From: an uncultured Hellea sp.
Lineage (GTDB): Bacteria; Pseudomonadota; Alphaproteobacteria; Caulobacterales; Maricaulaceae
Direction of reading: 5' to 3'
Length of the DNA: 57,526 bases
Assembly: GCA_964463835.1 (NCBI GenBank)
Contig: CAYXEB010000001.1
Location: 1 to 57,526, forward strand
Below, in pieces: positions 1 to 9,352 of this stretch. The first letter of the stretch is position 1. The number at the start of each line of letters is the position of its first letter. The position numbers and the translations under genes are program-made. The notes beneath the pieces are model-generated. The model worked only from the letters and a program-made list of their open reading frames with translations. It did not search any database and had not been told where the DNA came from.

Positions 1-1025
1 ACTTGTGCGATAATTTCTCGGTTACCATTCCAAGCCAGCCGACCAATCGATCTATCAAAATCTTTGCTAAGTAGCTGACGATCGCTGCCATCGGCATTCA
101 TCACATAGAGCTGGGTTTGCTGATAGGATAAAACCTTATCGTCATAGCCAGTGTAAGCAATTAATTTTCCGTTTGGGGACACCAGCGGGTTGCTGTCAGG
201 ACCGTCGCGGTTTGTAAGGGCCGTCCGCTTGAGATCCTTGAGATCAATCCGGTAAATTTCTCTTTCGATTGGGTCCAGATCGCGGTCTTCCGCTTCGTTC
301 CCCACTGCCAATAAGCTGTCATTGGTCAGCCATTCAGGGGTTCCAAAACCCGCGCCGCCTTCGGTAATTTGACGCGGCGTTCCACCCTCGACCGGTAAAG
401 TGTAGATATGACTTGCGCCTTCTTTCAAATACCCGCCGCCGTCTCGCCGAAAGGTGATATCATCCGTGACGCGAACGGGAGGCGACCATTCGGAGCCTTT
501 GGGCGCAGCAGGCAGCTTTGAAAAGCTCGGTGTTTCGCCCGGGGTGAACATGCTAAACGCAATGTGCTTCCCGTCCGGTGACCATGTTGCGCCCGACGGG
601 CCTGCTTCAAGACGCGCCAAAGAAAAGCTCTCGCCGTCCTCCATGAAGTGAACCCGTAATTCGGGTTTGTTATTATTGGATGTGGTGTAAAGGAATTGGC
701 TGCCATCCGGAGACCAGCGCGGGGCACCCGCAGACGCGCCGCCTGATACGAGCGGACGATGCTTTCCGCTGATAGTATCCAGCGACCAGATATCGCCGCG
801 TATGACATCTTTAACGGCGTCCATAGACCGGCGCACATATATAATCGTCCGGGCATCCGGCGAGATTTGCGGATCATCGCCATATTCGAGATTAAACACC
901 TGTTCCGGCGTAAAGCGTTTTAGCGCCTCTTTGGAGCCATCATCTGTATGTGCAAAAGAACAAGTGGGTAGAAACCAAAGGGCCAGCCCCAAAACAGCTG
1001 CGGAAATATCTGTTAGTTTTCCCAT
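1..1025 (-). CDS. S9 family peptidase (dipeptidyl aminopeptidase/acylaminoacyl-peptidase), N-terminal part; runs off the window edge
   Basis: Not in the ORF track. Manual translation from ATG at 1025 gives MGKLTDISAAVLGLALWFLPTCSFA (signal peptide), then DPQISPDARTIIYVRR, PRWSPDG, ATWSPDGKHIAF and PLVSPNGKLIAY, which are PD40/TolB-like propeller repeats typical of S9 peptidases. The frame is open to base 1. Confidence 0.85.
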   Translation of the reverse strand, partial: MGKLTDISAAVLGLALWFLPTCSFAHTDDGSKEALKRFTPEQVFNLEYGDDPQISPDARTIIYVRRSMDAVKDVIRGDIWSLDTISGKHRPLVSGGASAGAPRWSPDGSQFLYTTSNNNKPELRVHFMEDGESFSLARLEAGPSGATWSPDGKHIAFSMFTPGETPSFSKLPAAPKGSEWSPPVRVTDDITFRRDGGGYLKEGASHIYTLPVEGGTPRQITEGGAGFGTPEWLTNDSLLAVGNEAEDRDLDPIEREIYRIDLKDLKRTALTNRDGPDSNPLVSPNGKLIAYTGYDDKVLSYQQTQLYVMNADGSDRQLLSKDFDRSIGRLAWNGNREIIAQ

Positions 1026-1487
1026 CTTGAATCTCTCTTTTATCTCATTTTCTTCAATATCAATTGCAAGCATGCAAGGCGGTCAGAAGTGCCATCACGT
1101 CGCGATGCTATGATATATGTCTTCCCATCTTACTTGCGGCCTTAAAATCTAATGTCAAACGACTACACTTATGACGGGATAGACGGGGGTAAGTTCTAGT
1201 ATACCATTCTCAAGGAAATGTGACATGTTACGGCTGCGCGAAAAAATTTGGCAAACGCAAAATCCTGTACCCGACTAATTTAACCTGACAAAGCCGATTT
1301 AGACAGAGCTAATGTCTGCTTATGCCTACGGTTTCAATTGGTCGTCGCAACTTCAGCTGAGCAGCGAGCAGTCGCAAGACCTGGTGATCAGCCTGTCGAT
1401 TAGATCATTGCTACCTAGTTATGCCATGCGATCTCTAACATCCGTGCGGCGCCTCAATTCACCACAGATAATGAGATCATTCTCTAT

Positions 1488-1516
1488 TTGACATCTTTTC
1501 CCCCGCCGCCTATAGG
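1488..1516 (+). promoter_or_regulatory. sigma70-type promoter of ffh-rpsP
   Basis: TTGACA (1488-1493), 17-nt spacer, TATAGG (1511-1516). Confidence 0.7.
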
Positions 1517-1521
1517 CCCGC

Positions 1522-1704
1522 TAATCCGCGCAGTATTATCCTGCGCTCTGACCTGTGCGACAGCTCCCACCTTTATTTCAAAGGTTCCAGAACGATGCAG
1601 GCGGGGTCCTCCAGTCGACGTTATCGTTCACTGGAGTTCTTACTGCTATGCGGATGTGAATTAAACACAACTAAGCCGTTAGGTTTAGGAAGAAAGGTCG
1701 ATAA
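1522..1704 (+). ncRNA. candidate structured ffh 5' leader RNA
   Basis: About 180 nt between the promoter and the ATG, with several complementary segments (see findings). A cis-regulatory ffh leader motif is known in Alphaproteobacteria; homology was not verified. Confidence 0.45.
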
Positions 1705-3321
1705 ATGTTTGAAGCCTTAGGCGACAAACTCTCTGGTGTCTTTGACAACCTGACGGGGCGCGGCGCGCTGTCCGAAAAGGATGTGGCCACAGCTATGCGC
1801 GAAATTCGCGTTGCCTTGCTTGAAGCCGATGTCGCCCTGCCCGTTGTTAAAGACTTTATTGAAAAAATAAAAACCGAAGCTGTCGGCGAGAAGGTAATCA
1901 AATCGGTTAAGCCTGGTCAGCAAATTGTTAAAATTGTCCATGACGGCCTTGTTGATATGCTGGGCGGGACCCTCTCGGAAGATGAAGCTGATATTGAAAA
2001 AGCGGCCGTAAGCTCTCAGCTTAATCTCGCGGGCCGTCCCCCTGTCGCTATTTTAATGGCTGGCCTTCAAGGCTCAGGTAAGACGACCTCAACAGGTAAG
2101 ATCGGGAAATTCTTAAAAGAACAAGGCAAGCGCAAAGTCTTGCTCGCCTCTCTGGATACAAACCGCCCCGCCGCGATGGAACAGCTGGGCATGTTAGCGG
2201 AGCAAACGGGCACAGGATTCCTCCCAATTGTTAAAGGCCAATCCGCCTTAGAGATCGCCAAGCGCGCGATGGACGCAGGCGCCAAGGGCGGCTATGATGT
2301 AGTCTTTCTCGATACGGCAGGCCGGACCACCATTAATGATGAGTTAATGGATGAAGTCGCGGCCATCGCCGAAGAAACAAAACCTATTGAAACACTTTTG
2401 GTGGCAGACGCCCTTACCGGGCAAGACGCGGTTGAAACGGCGAAACGCTTTCACGCGCGCTTGCCGTTAACGGGACTTGTCCTGACGCGAATTGACGGCG
2501 ATGGGCGCGGCGGCGCGGCGCTCTCTATGCGGGCCGTGACTGGTTTGCCGATTAAATTCCTCGGAACAGGCGAGAAGCTTGACGGGCTTGAAGCCTTTGA
2601 CGCCCAGCGCCTGGCGGGCCGTATTCTCGGCCAAGGCGATATTGTCTCCCTTGTTGAAAAAGCCTCTCAGGTTATCGACGAAAAAGAAGCGGCGCGCGTT
2701 GCCAAGAAGATGGAAAAAGGCACGTTCGATCTGGACGACCTTGGGAAACAGCTTGGCCAGATGGAAAAAATGGGCGGCATGGGCGGCCTGATGAAATTAA
2801 TGCCTGGCATGGGCAAAATGAAAAAGCAGCTCGACGCCGCGGGCGGCATTGATGACCGCCTGCTCAAACAGCAACAAGCCATCATCCTGTCTATGACGCC
2901 GCAAGAACGTAAGAAACCAGAGCTGTTAAAAGCCTCGCGTAAGAAACGTATCGCGGCCGGCTCTGGTATGTCTGTTCAAGAGGTCAATAAGCTTCTCAAA
3001 ATGCACCGCCAGATGTCCGATATGATGAAGAAAATGGGCAAGGGCGGCATGGCCAATATGATGGCGCAAATGGGCGGGATGCCCGGTATGCCTAAAATGC
3101 CAGGCGGAATGGGCGCGGGAATGAGCGGTAAAGGCGGCATGCCAAACCCCGCAGATATCGACCCGGCGATGCTTGAAGAACTTAAAAAACAAATGGGAAA
3201 TCTGCCAAAAGGCCTTGGCAAAGGCGGACTTCCTGGAATTGGCGGCTTACCCGGTTTGGGCGGAGGCAAACCCAAGCTTCCCGGTATTGGCGGGCTCCCT
3301 TTTGGAAAAAAGAAAAAATAA
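1705..3321 (+). CDS. ffh: signal recognition particle protein Ffh
   Basis: GLQGSGKTT, DTAGR and TRIDGDGRGGAALS motifs; Met-rich M domain. Confidence 0.98.
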   Translation: MFEALGDKLSGVFDNLTGRGALSEKDVATAMREIRVALLEADVALPVVKDFIEKIKTEAVGEKVIKSVKPGQQIVKIVHDGLVDMLGGTLSEDEADIEKAAVSSQLNLAGRPPVAILMAGLQGSGKTTSTGKIGKFLKEQGKRKVLLASLDTNRPAAMEQLGMLAEQTGTGFLPIVKGQSALEIAKRAMDAGAKGGYDVVFLDTAGRTTINDELMDEVAAIAEETKPIETLLVADALTGQDAVETAKRFHARLPLTGLVLTRIDGDGRGGAALSMRAVTGLPIKFLGTGEKLDGLEAFDAQRLAGRILGQGDIVSLVEKASQVIDEKEAARVAKKMEKGTFDLDDLGKQLGQMEKMGGMGGLMKLMPGMGKMKKQLDAAGGIDDRLLKQQQAIILSMTPQERKKPELLKASRKKRIAAGSGMSVQEVNKLLKMHRQMSDMMKKMGKGGMANMMAQMGGMPGMPKMPGGMGAGMSGKGGMPNPADIDPAMLEELKKQMGNLPKGLGKGGLPGIGGLPGLGGGKPKLPGIGGLPFGKKKK

Positions 3322-3351
3322 ACTGATTGCTTGATTTAAAGGAAAAAACTC

Positions 3352-3918
3352 ATGGCACTTAAAATTCGTCTGGCCCGTCACGGCGCCAAAAAACGCCCTT
3401 ATTACCGTGTCGTTATCGCCGACTCGCGCGCGCCGCGTGATGGCCGCTTTATCGAAATCGTGGGCCGATATAACCCCATGCTCCCTAAAGATAGCGCAGA
3501 CCGCGTTCAGCTCGATATTGATAAATGTAAAGAGTGGCTCGGCAAGGGCGCGCGCCCAACGGACCGCGTTGCTCGCTTCTTAAGCGCAGCTGGCATTTGG
3601 GAATGGAAAGCTGGCAATAACCCAAATAAAGGCAAGCCGGGCGCGAAAGCTCAGCAGCTTGTTCTTGACCGTGTTGAAAAAGAAGAAGCGCGCAAAGTTC
3701 GCGAAGCTGAGGCTAAAGAAGCTGCGAAAGAAGCCGCTAAGGCAGCAAAAGAAGCGGCTAAGGCGGCTGAAGAAGAAGCTAAAAACGCTCCTGCGGAAGA
3801 GACTCCTGCTGAAGAGGCCCCGGCAGCTGAAGCTGCTGCTGAGGAAGCGCCTGCAGAAACACCAGCTGAAGACGCTGCGCCTGCTGCGGAAGAGGCGCCA
3901 ACCGCAGAAGAGGAATAG
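3352..3918 (+). CDS. rpsP: 30S ribosomal protein S16 with a long Ala/Glu/Lys/Pro C-terminal tail
   Basis: [35 protein letters not shown]; AAGGA SD; follows ffh. Confidence 0.97.
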   Translation: MALKIRLARHGAKKRPYYRVVIADSRAPRDGRFIEIVGRYNPMLPKDSADRVQLDIDKCKEWLGKGARPTDRVARFLSAAGIWEWKAGNNPNKGKPGAKAQQLVLDRVEKEEARKVREAEAKEAAKEAAKAAKEAAKAAEEEAKNAPAEETPAEEAPAAEAAAEEAPAETPAEDAAPAAEEAPTAEEE

Positions 3919-3933
3919 TCTTCAATTCATTCG

Positions 3934-3964
3934 AAGAAACCGGAGCTTAGTCTTCGGTTTTTTT
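3934..3964 (+). terminator. intrinsic terminator after rpsP
   Basis: Stem AAGAAACCGGAG, loop cttagt, stem CTTCGGTTTTTTT ending in a U-tract. Confidence 0.75.
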
Positions 3965-3988
3965 ACGCTTAAATTTCAGCTTTAGATA

Positions 3989-4204
3989 TTATCCACGTCC
4001 TGTTTCCAGCCCAAGTAAATTGACCAAATGCACAAGCAACATAAAGCCCGTCGCAATCGCGCCCAAGCTTATGATAATCCAAGGTATCATCCGCGTTTTA
4101 AACTCTGCATGTTTTTTAAAATGACGGATAAAGGCAAAAGCCCCTAATACCACACAAAACACAAGCCCCAAGCTTGTTAGAAATAAGTCATCAGAAGGCG
4201 TCAT
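3989..4204 (-). CDS. small two-TM membrane protein of unknown function (71 aa)
   Basis: Likely ATG at 4204 (MTPSDDLFLT), overlapping the GT2 3' end; two hydrophobic segments. Confidence 0.65.
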   Translation of the reverse strand: MTPSDDLFLTSLGLVFCVVLGAFAFIRHFKKHAEFKTRMIPWIIISLGAIATGFMLLVHLVNLLGLETGRG

Positions 4205-5585
4205 ATTGATAAGGAAGGTCCAAAGGGATTGATTTTCGGACTGCAGATTTACCACTGTGATGAGTCTTATGCCAGAAGAAAGGTTTACGGCCTAATTCCC
4301 AAAGCGCGTGAAGCGCCGGGAAAAAAAGGGCTGACCAATATATAGGCATGGCCATTGATGAAAAAATAAGTCGGGGTTTACCAGCGCGGATAACACCAAT
4401 TATGCCAATAAGGATGCCTGCAAGATAGCTAATAATGAGGCTAACGAGAAAATGAATAGGTATGTAAATAATGCCCGTATTCAATATCTGCCACAGGATA
4501 ACACAAGCGATCATAATAATAATCGGCAGATGAAAAATAGCGTTTAAAAGCGTCAATCCAATTGAAAGCTGCAAGATAAAAAACCTTTTTAGCCCCTTTT
4601 TATCTATAGATGTCATCGGGCTTTTCATATGAACGATGAGCGTTTGCATGAAGCCTTTCATCCAGCGCGAGCGCTGATAGAACCATGAATCCCAAGTACT
4701 TACAGCTTCCTCAGATGTCGCTGGCGAAATTGACGTAAATTCCCAGCCTAAGGCCGCCAACCGGAAACTGATATCAGCGTCCTCCGTCACATTATAGCTA
4801 TCCCAGCCCCCGACAAAGTCTAAAGCATTGCGCCGTAAGTGATTGCTCGTTCCGCCCAAAGGAAACGGTAAATTGAGCTTTGCCAAAAACGGATTCCAAA
4901 CATGGAACAAGGCCGCATATTCGAGAGAAAACTGACGGGTGAGCCAGTTTTCATCTGAATTTCTGTAATCCAGAGGCGCTTGAATGGCGCCAAGCTTTGG
5001 GTTTTTATGAAAAGCTGTGGCGGCGATTTTTAACTGGGCAGGGTCGGGAATATCTTCGGCGTCATAAATCGTAACGAATTCACCTTTCGCGTCTTTCATG
5101 GCGTAATTTAAAGCCCGAGGTTTTGTTTGCGGTAGGCCTTTGGGTACAATTACGAGCTTAAAAGGCGGCTTTATATATTGCTTGACCATCGCAATCGTGA
5201 AGGGGTCAATCTCTTCGCAAATCATGAGTATTTCCAGGCGTTTCGCGGGATAGTCAAGTCTGGCCAAACCCATCATCAAGGTTTCCGCCATATGGGCTTC
5301 ACGAAAAAGCGGAACCAGAACCGTATAAAAAGGCCAGTCGATTATTTCCGTATCAAGCGAAGTTTGAGGTTTTTTAAAAAGACAGGCCGTTAGCCGCAGG
5401 GCAGCCTGAAATGTACAAATTACGCAAATTATGATTGTCGTTAAAACGAGAGCTTTAAAATTCATAAAAAATATGGCTAAGCCAATTAAGCAAAGAAAGA
5501 TCCAGACGAAAAATATCATTAAATTTTTAGAGAGAGGTTCGTTCGCTGTCCCAATTCGCCGAATTTTTTCTGGTTCGACTATCAT
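4191..5585 (-). CDS. GT2 family processive membrane glycosyltransferase (cellulose synthase-like)
   Basis: TKPRALNY, YDAED, TEDAD and QRSRW motifs; TM helices at both ends. Confidence 0.9.
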   Translation of the reverse strand: MIVEPEKIRRIGTANEPLSKNLMIFFVWIFLCLIGLAIFFMNFKALVLTTIIICVICTFQAALRLTACLFKKPQTSLDTEIIDWPFYTVLVPLFREAHMAETLMMGLARLDYPAKRLEILMICEEIDPFTIAMVKQYIKPPFKLVIVPKGLPQTKPRALNYAMKDAKGEFVTIYDAEDIPDPAQLKIAATAFHKNPKLGAIQAPLDYRNSDENWLTRQFSLEYAALFHVWNPFLAKLNLPFPLGGTSNHLRRNALDFVGGWDSYNVTEDADISFRLAALGWEFTSISPATSEEAVSTWDSWFYQRSRWMKGFMQTLIVHMKSPMTSIDKKGLKRFFILQLSIGLTLLNAIFHLPIIIMIACVILWQILNTGIIYIPIHFLVSLIISYLAGILIGIIGVIRAGKPRLIFSSMAMPIYWSALFFPALHALWELGRKPFFWHKTHHSGKSAVRKSIPLDLPYQYDAF

Positions 5586-5588
5586 AAG

Positions 5589-6632
5589 TTAAAGCCTAGA
5601 TTTTAAAAGGCGGCTTTCTGCCCATAGAGCCGCCTCTTTTATAACCGGGTCTCTTGAGCAGATATGTGGATCTAAACTGCTTTTAAGAGAGGAGTCAGCG
5701 CTATTCCCAATCGCGTAAATAACGTTTCGAATAAATTGATTACGGCCAATGCGCTTAATGGGAGAGCCCGAAAAGCGCTTTCTAAACTCAGCATCTGTGA
5801 GCCGAGCCAACTGCGTTAAATCTGGAGCGTTTAAATCAGGCTTCGCCGCTAATTTTAATTCCTTGCTATGGCGCGCATATTTATTCCACGGGCACACTGC
5901 CAAGCAATCATCGCAACCGTAAATCCGGTTTCCCATTTTTTCGCGTAACTCTAGGTCTACCGGTCCTTTATGTTCGATGGTTAAATATGAAATACATTTG
6001 CGGGCATCGAGTTTATAGGGCGCGGGGAAAGCTTGGGTCGGACAGATATCGAGGCACGCTTGGCAACTCCCGCAGTGATCGGTCTCGGGCGGGGTTGGGT
6101 CCAAATGCGCCGCAGATAAGATCACGCCTAAAAAGAGCCAAGACCCAAAATCACGGCTTACGAGATTTGTATGCTTTCCCTGCCAACCTAACCCCCCAGC
6201 TTGGGCCAAAGGTTTTTCCATGAGCGGCGCAGTATCAACAAAGACTTTAACATCTTTGCCCGTATCACGCGCGATAAGGCCTGCAAGTTCTTTGAGCCGC
6301 CCTTTGATGAGGTCGTGATAATCTGTGTTGCGCGCGTAAACGGAAATCGTGGCTTTTGAGCCTTGGTCTAAACTTACCAAAGGGTCCGTATCAGGCCCAT
6401 AATTCATACCTAGAACAATAGCTGAATTGGCCTCAGGCCAAAGTTGGTGAGGATGCCCACGGCGCTCTTTGGTCTCCTCTAGCCAAGCCATCGTGCCATG
6501 ATAATTCTGCGCAATAAATGCGTCCAAGTCCGTTTTGGCTTTAGATCCAAATTTTTTCAAATCCACAATATAAGGAGAGGTAAAACCCAGTTTTTCACAA
6601 CGGCCTAAAAACCCTTTGGATAAGGCGGACAT
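5589..6632 (-). CDS. queG: epoxyqueuosine reductase QueG
   Basis: FVDTAPLMEK, CGSCQACLDICPT, CISYLTIE, GCDDCLAVCPWN. Confidence 0.95.
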   Translation of the reverse strand: MSALSKGFLGRCEKLGFTSPYIVDLKKFGSKAKTDLDAFIAQNYHGTMAWLEETKERRGHPHQLWPEANSAIVLGMNYGPDTDPLVSLDQGSKATISVYARNTDYHDLIKGRLKELAGLIARDTGKDVKVFVDTAPLMEKPLAQAGGLGWQGKHTNLVSRDFGSWLFLGVILSAAHLDPTPPETDHCGSCQACLDICPTQAFPAPYKLDARKCISYLTIEHKGPVDLELREKMGNRIYGCDDCLAVCPWNKYARHSKELKLAAKPDLNAPDLTQLARLTDAEFRKRFSGSPIKRIGRNQFIRNVIYAIGNSADSSLKSSLDPHICSRDPVIKEAALWAESRLLKSRL

Positions 6633-6717
6633 TTTTAAAAATCCAAATTGTGTGAATAAAGATAATTCATAACAACAACTTTAACGTTAATTCGGTAATG
6701 AAAACTTAACTCTATAA

Positions 6718-7692
6718 TTAGGACCTATGGAAGTGTTTGTTACCATGAACATTCCCGCATTCTGACGGATGGGGATAAATAAGAATATCAGCCGCTTGAA
6801 AAGCCGCCATAAGGCGTTTCTCTGCCGCTAAAATAATATCGTGCGATTGTTTCAAAGTGACATTATCATTGAGGTCGAGACGCATTTGAATATGAATATG
6901 AGGGCCAGATGCCCGCGTTCTCAAATCGTGGACGGATTTTACATTATTATCTTCCATGGCCAGCCTTAGGATTAAGGCCCGTTCTTCGGGATTTAGCTCC
7001 ATATCCATCAATTGAGCCCAAGCCAAACGGGCAACTTTAAACGCTGTATGTAAAAGCCAAACAGCCATAAGCGCCCCGACAAAAGCATCGGCCCATTTAA
7101 AGGAGGTATAAGCTGATATAGCTATGCCTAAAATTACAAATATATTTGCCAATAAATCTGCAAAATAATGAGCCCGATCACCCCTAACGGCCAGTGACCC
7201 CGTTGTTCGAATGGCCCAGCTTTGAGCAATTATCAGCCAAATCGTAATCGCGATAAAAATAAACAACATTGAAATCGCAAAGCCGCTTTGAGCAATATGG
7301 GCGTGATCGGAAATGCGCTCAAAAACCTCTTCCAAAAGGTGCAAGGCGCCTAAAACAATGAGGCAAACTTGAAAGACAGCAGAAAAGCTTTCAGCCTTGC
7401 CTCGACCAAAACGATATGATTCATCTGGCGGTTTCGCTGCATATCTGACAGCAATAAAACTTGAGAGAGCCCCAATAAGATCTAGGGAAGAATGTATCAA
7501 AGAGGATAATATGCCAACAGAATGGCTTTCTTGCCATACGATGAATTTTCCAACCGTCAATATAATTGCGACCAAAACGGCAAAGAGTGTAATCCGCGCC
7601 GTAATTTTTGAGGAGCCTTCGAGCGGCAATCTACCTGGACGGCCGCGCCTGTCGGGCATATCCGTCTGCTTTATATTAGTATTCTCGGCCAT
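6718..7692 (-). CDS. fieF: cation diffusion facilitator transporter (FieF-like)
   Basis: HSSLD, FGRGKAES, DRAHYFAD and VHDLRTR motifs; six TM segments. Confidence 0.85.
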   Translation of the reverse strand: MAENTNIKQTDMPDRRGRPGRLPLEGSSKITARITLFAVLVAIILTVGKFIVWQESHSVGILSSLIHSSLDLIGALSSFIAVRYAAKPPDESYRFGRGKAESFSAVFQVCLIVLGALHLLEEVFERISDHAHIAQSGFAISMLFIFIAITIWLIIAQSWAIRTTGSLAVRGDRAHYFADLLANIFVILGIAISAYTSFKWADAFVGALMAVWLLHTAFKVARLAWAQLMDMELNPEERALILRLAMEDNNVKSVHDLRTRASGPHIHIQMRLDLNDNVTLKQSHDIILAAEKRLMAAFQAADILIYPHPSECGNVHGNKHFHRS

Positions 7693-7768
7693 CTACGGCT
7701 TGTGCTGTTATAGCATTACAAAGATAGAGGCGAGTCATTTTGTGTGAAACAAATGATTGTTTCAAAAA

Positions 7769-8326
7769 TTACTCCGCCGCGTCTACGGCTTCAGTTTTTT
7801 CTGGGGCTGTACTGCGCGCCGGCGCTTTTCTGCGGCGCTTAGGTGCAGAATTATCACCGTTTACGGCCAGTGTTTCGGCCTTTTCATCTGTTCTATCAGG
7901 CGCAGTTTCTACGGAAGGAGTCTTGTCTTCACCCGAGTTTTCACTGGCTTCAACCGTTTCGGAATTATCGCGATTATTGCGCCGGGGTTGATGTCTGCGA
8001 TGCTTCTTATCTTCCGGGTTGTCAGAGGTTTCATTTGCATCTTCCCGGGCAGCTCTTGCCGCGTCACGTTCTTCCTGCGCCGCGCGTTTAGCGGCCTCTT
8101 GAATATTTAAAAGCCGAAGATAATGTTCTGCATGTTGGCGTAGGTTTTCAGCTTTAACCCTATTTCCTGACGACTGCGCGTCACGGGCAAGCGTTGTATA
8201 TTTTTCATAAATGGTTGACGCCGTACCGCGAACTTTAACCTCAGGACCATTACTATCCATAGACCGGTTTTGGTTATTGTGATTATTATTACGGTTATTG
8301 CGATTTCTACCGCGCTGGCGTTTCAT
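7769..8326 (-). CDS. DUF4167 domain protein with a disordered C-terminus
   Basis: DSNGPEVKVRGTASTIYEKYTTLARDAQSSGNRVKAENLRQHAEHYLR; usual position after prmC. Confidence 0.85.
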   Translation of the reverse strand: MKRQRGRNRNNRNNNHNNQNRSMDSNGPEVKVRGTASTIYEKYTTLARDAQSSGNRVKAENLRQHAEHYLRLLNIQEAAKRAAQEERDAARAAREDANETSDNPEDKKHRRHQPRRNNRDNSETVEASENSGEDKTPSVETAPDRTDEKAETLAVNGDNSAPKRRRKAPARSTAPEKTEAVDAAE

Positions 8327-8476
8327 GATAATAACGTCCTTAAAGTTCCCGATAATCGCATTTGCGCCATTCTATTTAATTTGGGCTTTGTGGGTTTCAG
8401 TTAGCTGAATACATCTCACCATTTTTATTTAGCAAAGCCTTGTAGAAAGGCAATGCTTTTTTTAATCAAATAAGAG

Positions 8477-9346
8477 TTATTTGACAGCCACGCTGCAATC
8501 TGCCCCAATCATCCGAGGATGACCCGCCAAATCATTATCGACAGATATATTATGAAACCCCGCCTCACGTAACAAGTCGCTCACCACTACCGCTTGATCA
8601 AACCCGATTTCAAATAATATTTTTCCAGTTTGCGTTAAGTAGGATTTGGCGTCTTTTACAATAGCCCTATACGCCTCAAGGCCATCAGCTCCGCCGCTTA
8701 AGGCAAGATGAGGATCATAATTTTTAACCTCTTGGCTAAGATCCTCCATAGCAAGCGAGTTTATATATGGAGGATTTGAAACAATGAGGTCATATTGCTG
8801 ATTAAGCTCCTCGAACCATCGCCCCAAAACAAACTCCAGGCGCTCATCCACCGCATGACATTTCGCATTTTCTGTTGCAATCTCAAGCGCGGCTTTTGAG
8901 AGATCAACCGCCGTAGCTGTTACAGTCTCCGCTTCGGCTAAAATGGAAATAACAATTGCACCCGAGCCTGTTCCCAAATCTAATATTCGCGCGTCAGGCT
9001 TAGAGCGAATATAATCTAAAGCGCCATCGACGAGCATCTCGGTTTCTGGACGCGGGGATAATACATCGCGCGTGACCTTAAACTTACGCCCGTAAAAAGG
9101 ATTATATCCCAAAATATGAGAAATGGGTTCACCGGACAGTCTTTTCTTCGATAGCAGGGTAATCTGATCCATAATTTTACGAGGTAAAATACTATGGCCC
9201 TGGGCGATTAAGTCCGCCCGGCTCATGTCTGTCGCCATCATTACCAATAGGCGGGCGTCAAGGGCGGGGCTATCAAGGCCAGCTTGGATAAATTGATTCT
9301 TCAAGGACCGTTTAGCTTCATTTACCGTCATGTAAGGCGTGGGCAT
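8477..9346 (-). CDS. prmC: release factor glutamine N5-methyltransferase
   Basis: PRPETE, LDLGTGSG, SNPPY, EIG. Confidence 0.95.
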   Translation of the reverse strand: MPTPYMTVNEAKRSLKNQFIQAGLDSPALDARLLVMMATDMSRADLIAQGHSILPRKIMDQITLLSKKRLSGEPISHILGYNPFYGRKFKVTRDVLSPRPETEMLVDGALDYIRSKPDARILDLGTGSGAIVISILAEAETVTATAVDLSKAALEIATENAKCHAVDERLEFVLGRWFEELNQQYDLIVSNPPYINSLAMEDLSQEVKNYDPHLALSGGADGLEAYRAIVKDAKSYLTQTGKILFEIGFDQAVVVSDLLREAGFHNISVDNDLAGHPRMIGADCSVAVK

Positions 9347-9352
9347 AAAATA

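Noticed and set aside
425-1113. Track ORFs 425-883, 454-651 and 802-1113
   Set aside because: Alternate-frame or antisense shadows of the S9 peptidase gene.
1522-1704. SRP RNA (ffs) next to ffh
   Set aside because: The conserved domain IV signature (CAGG...GGAA...AGCAG) is absent.
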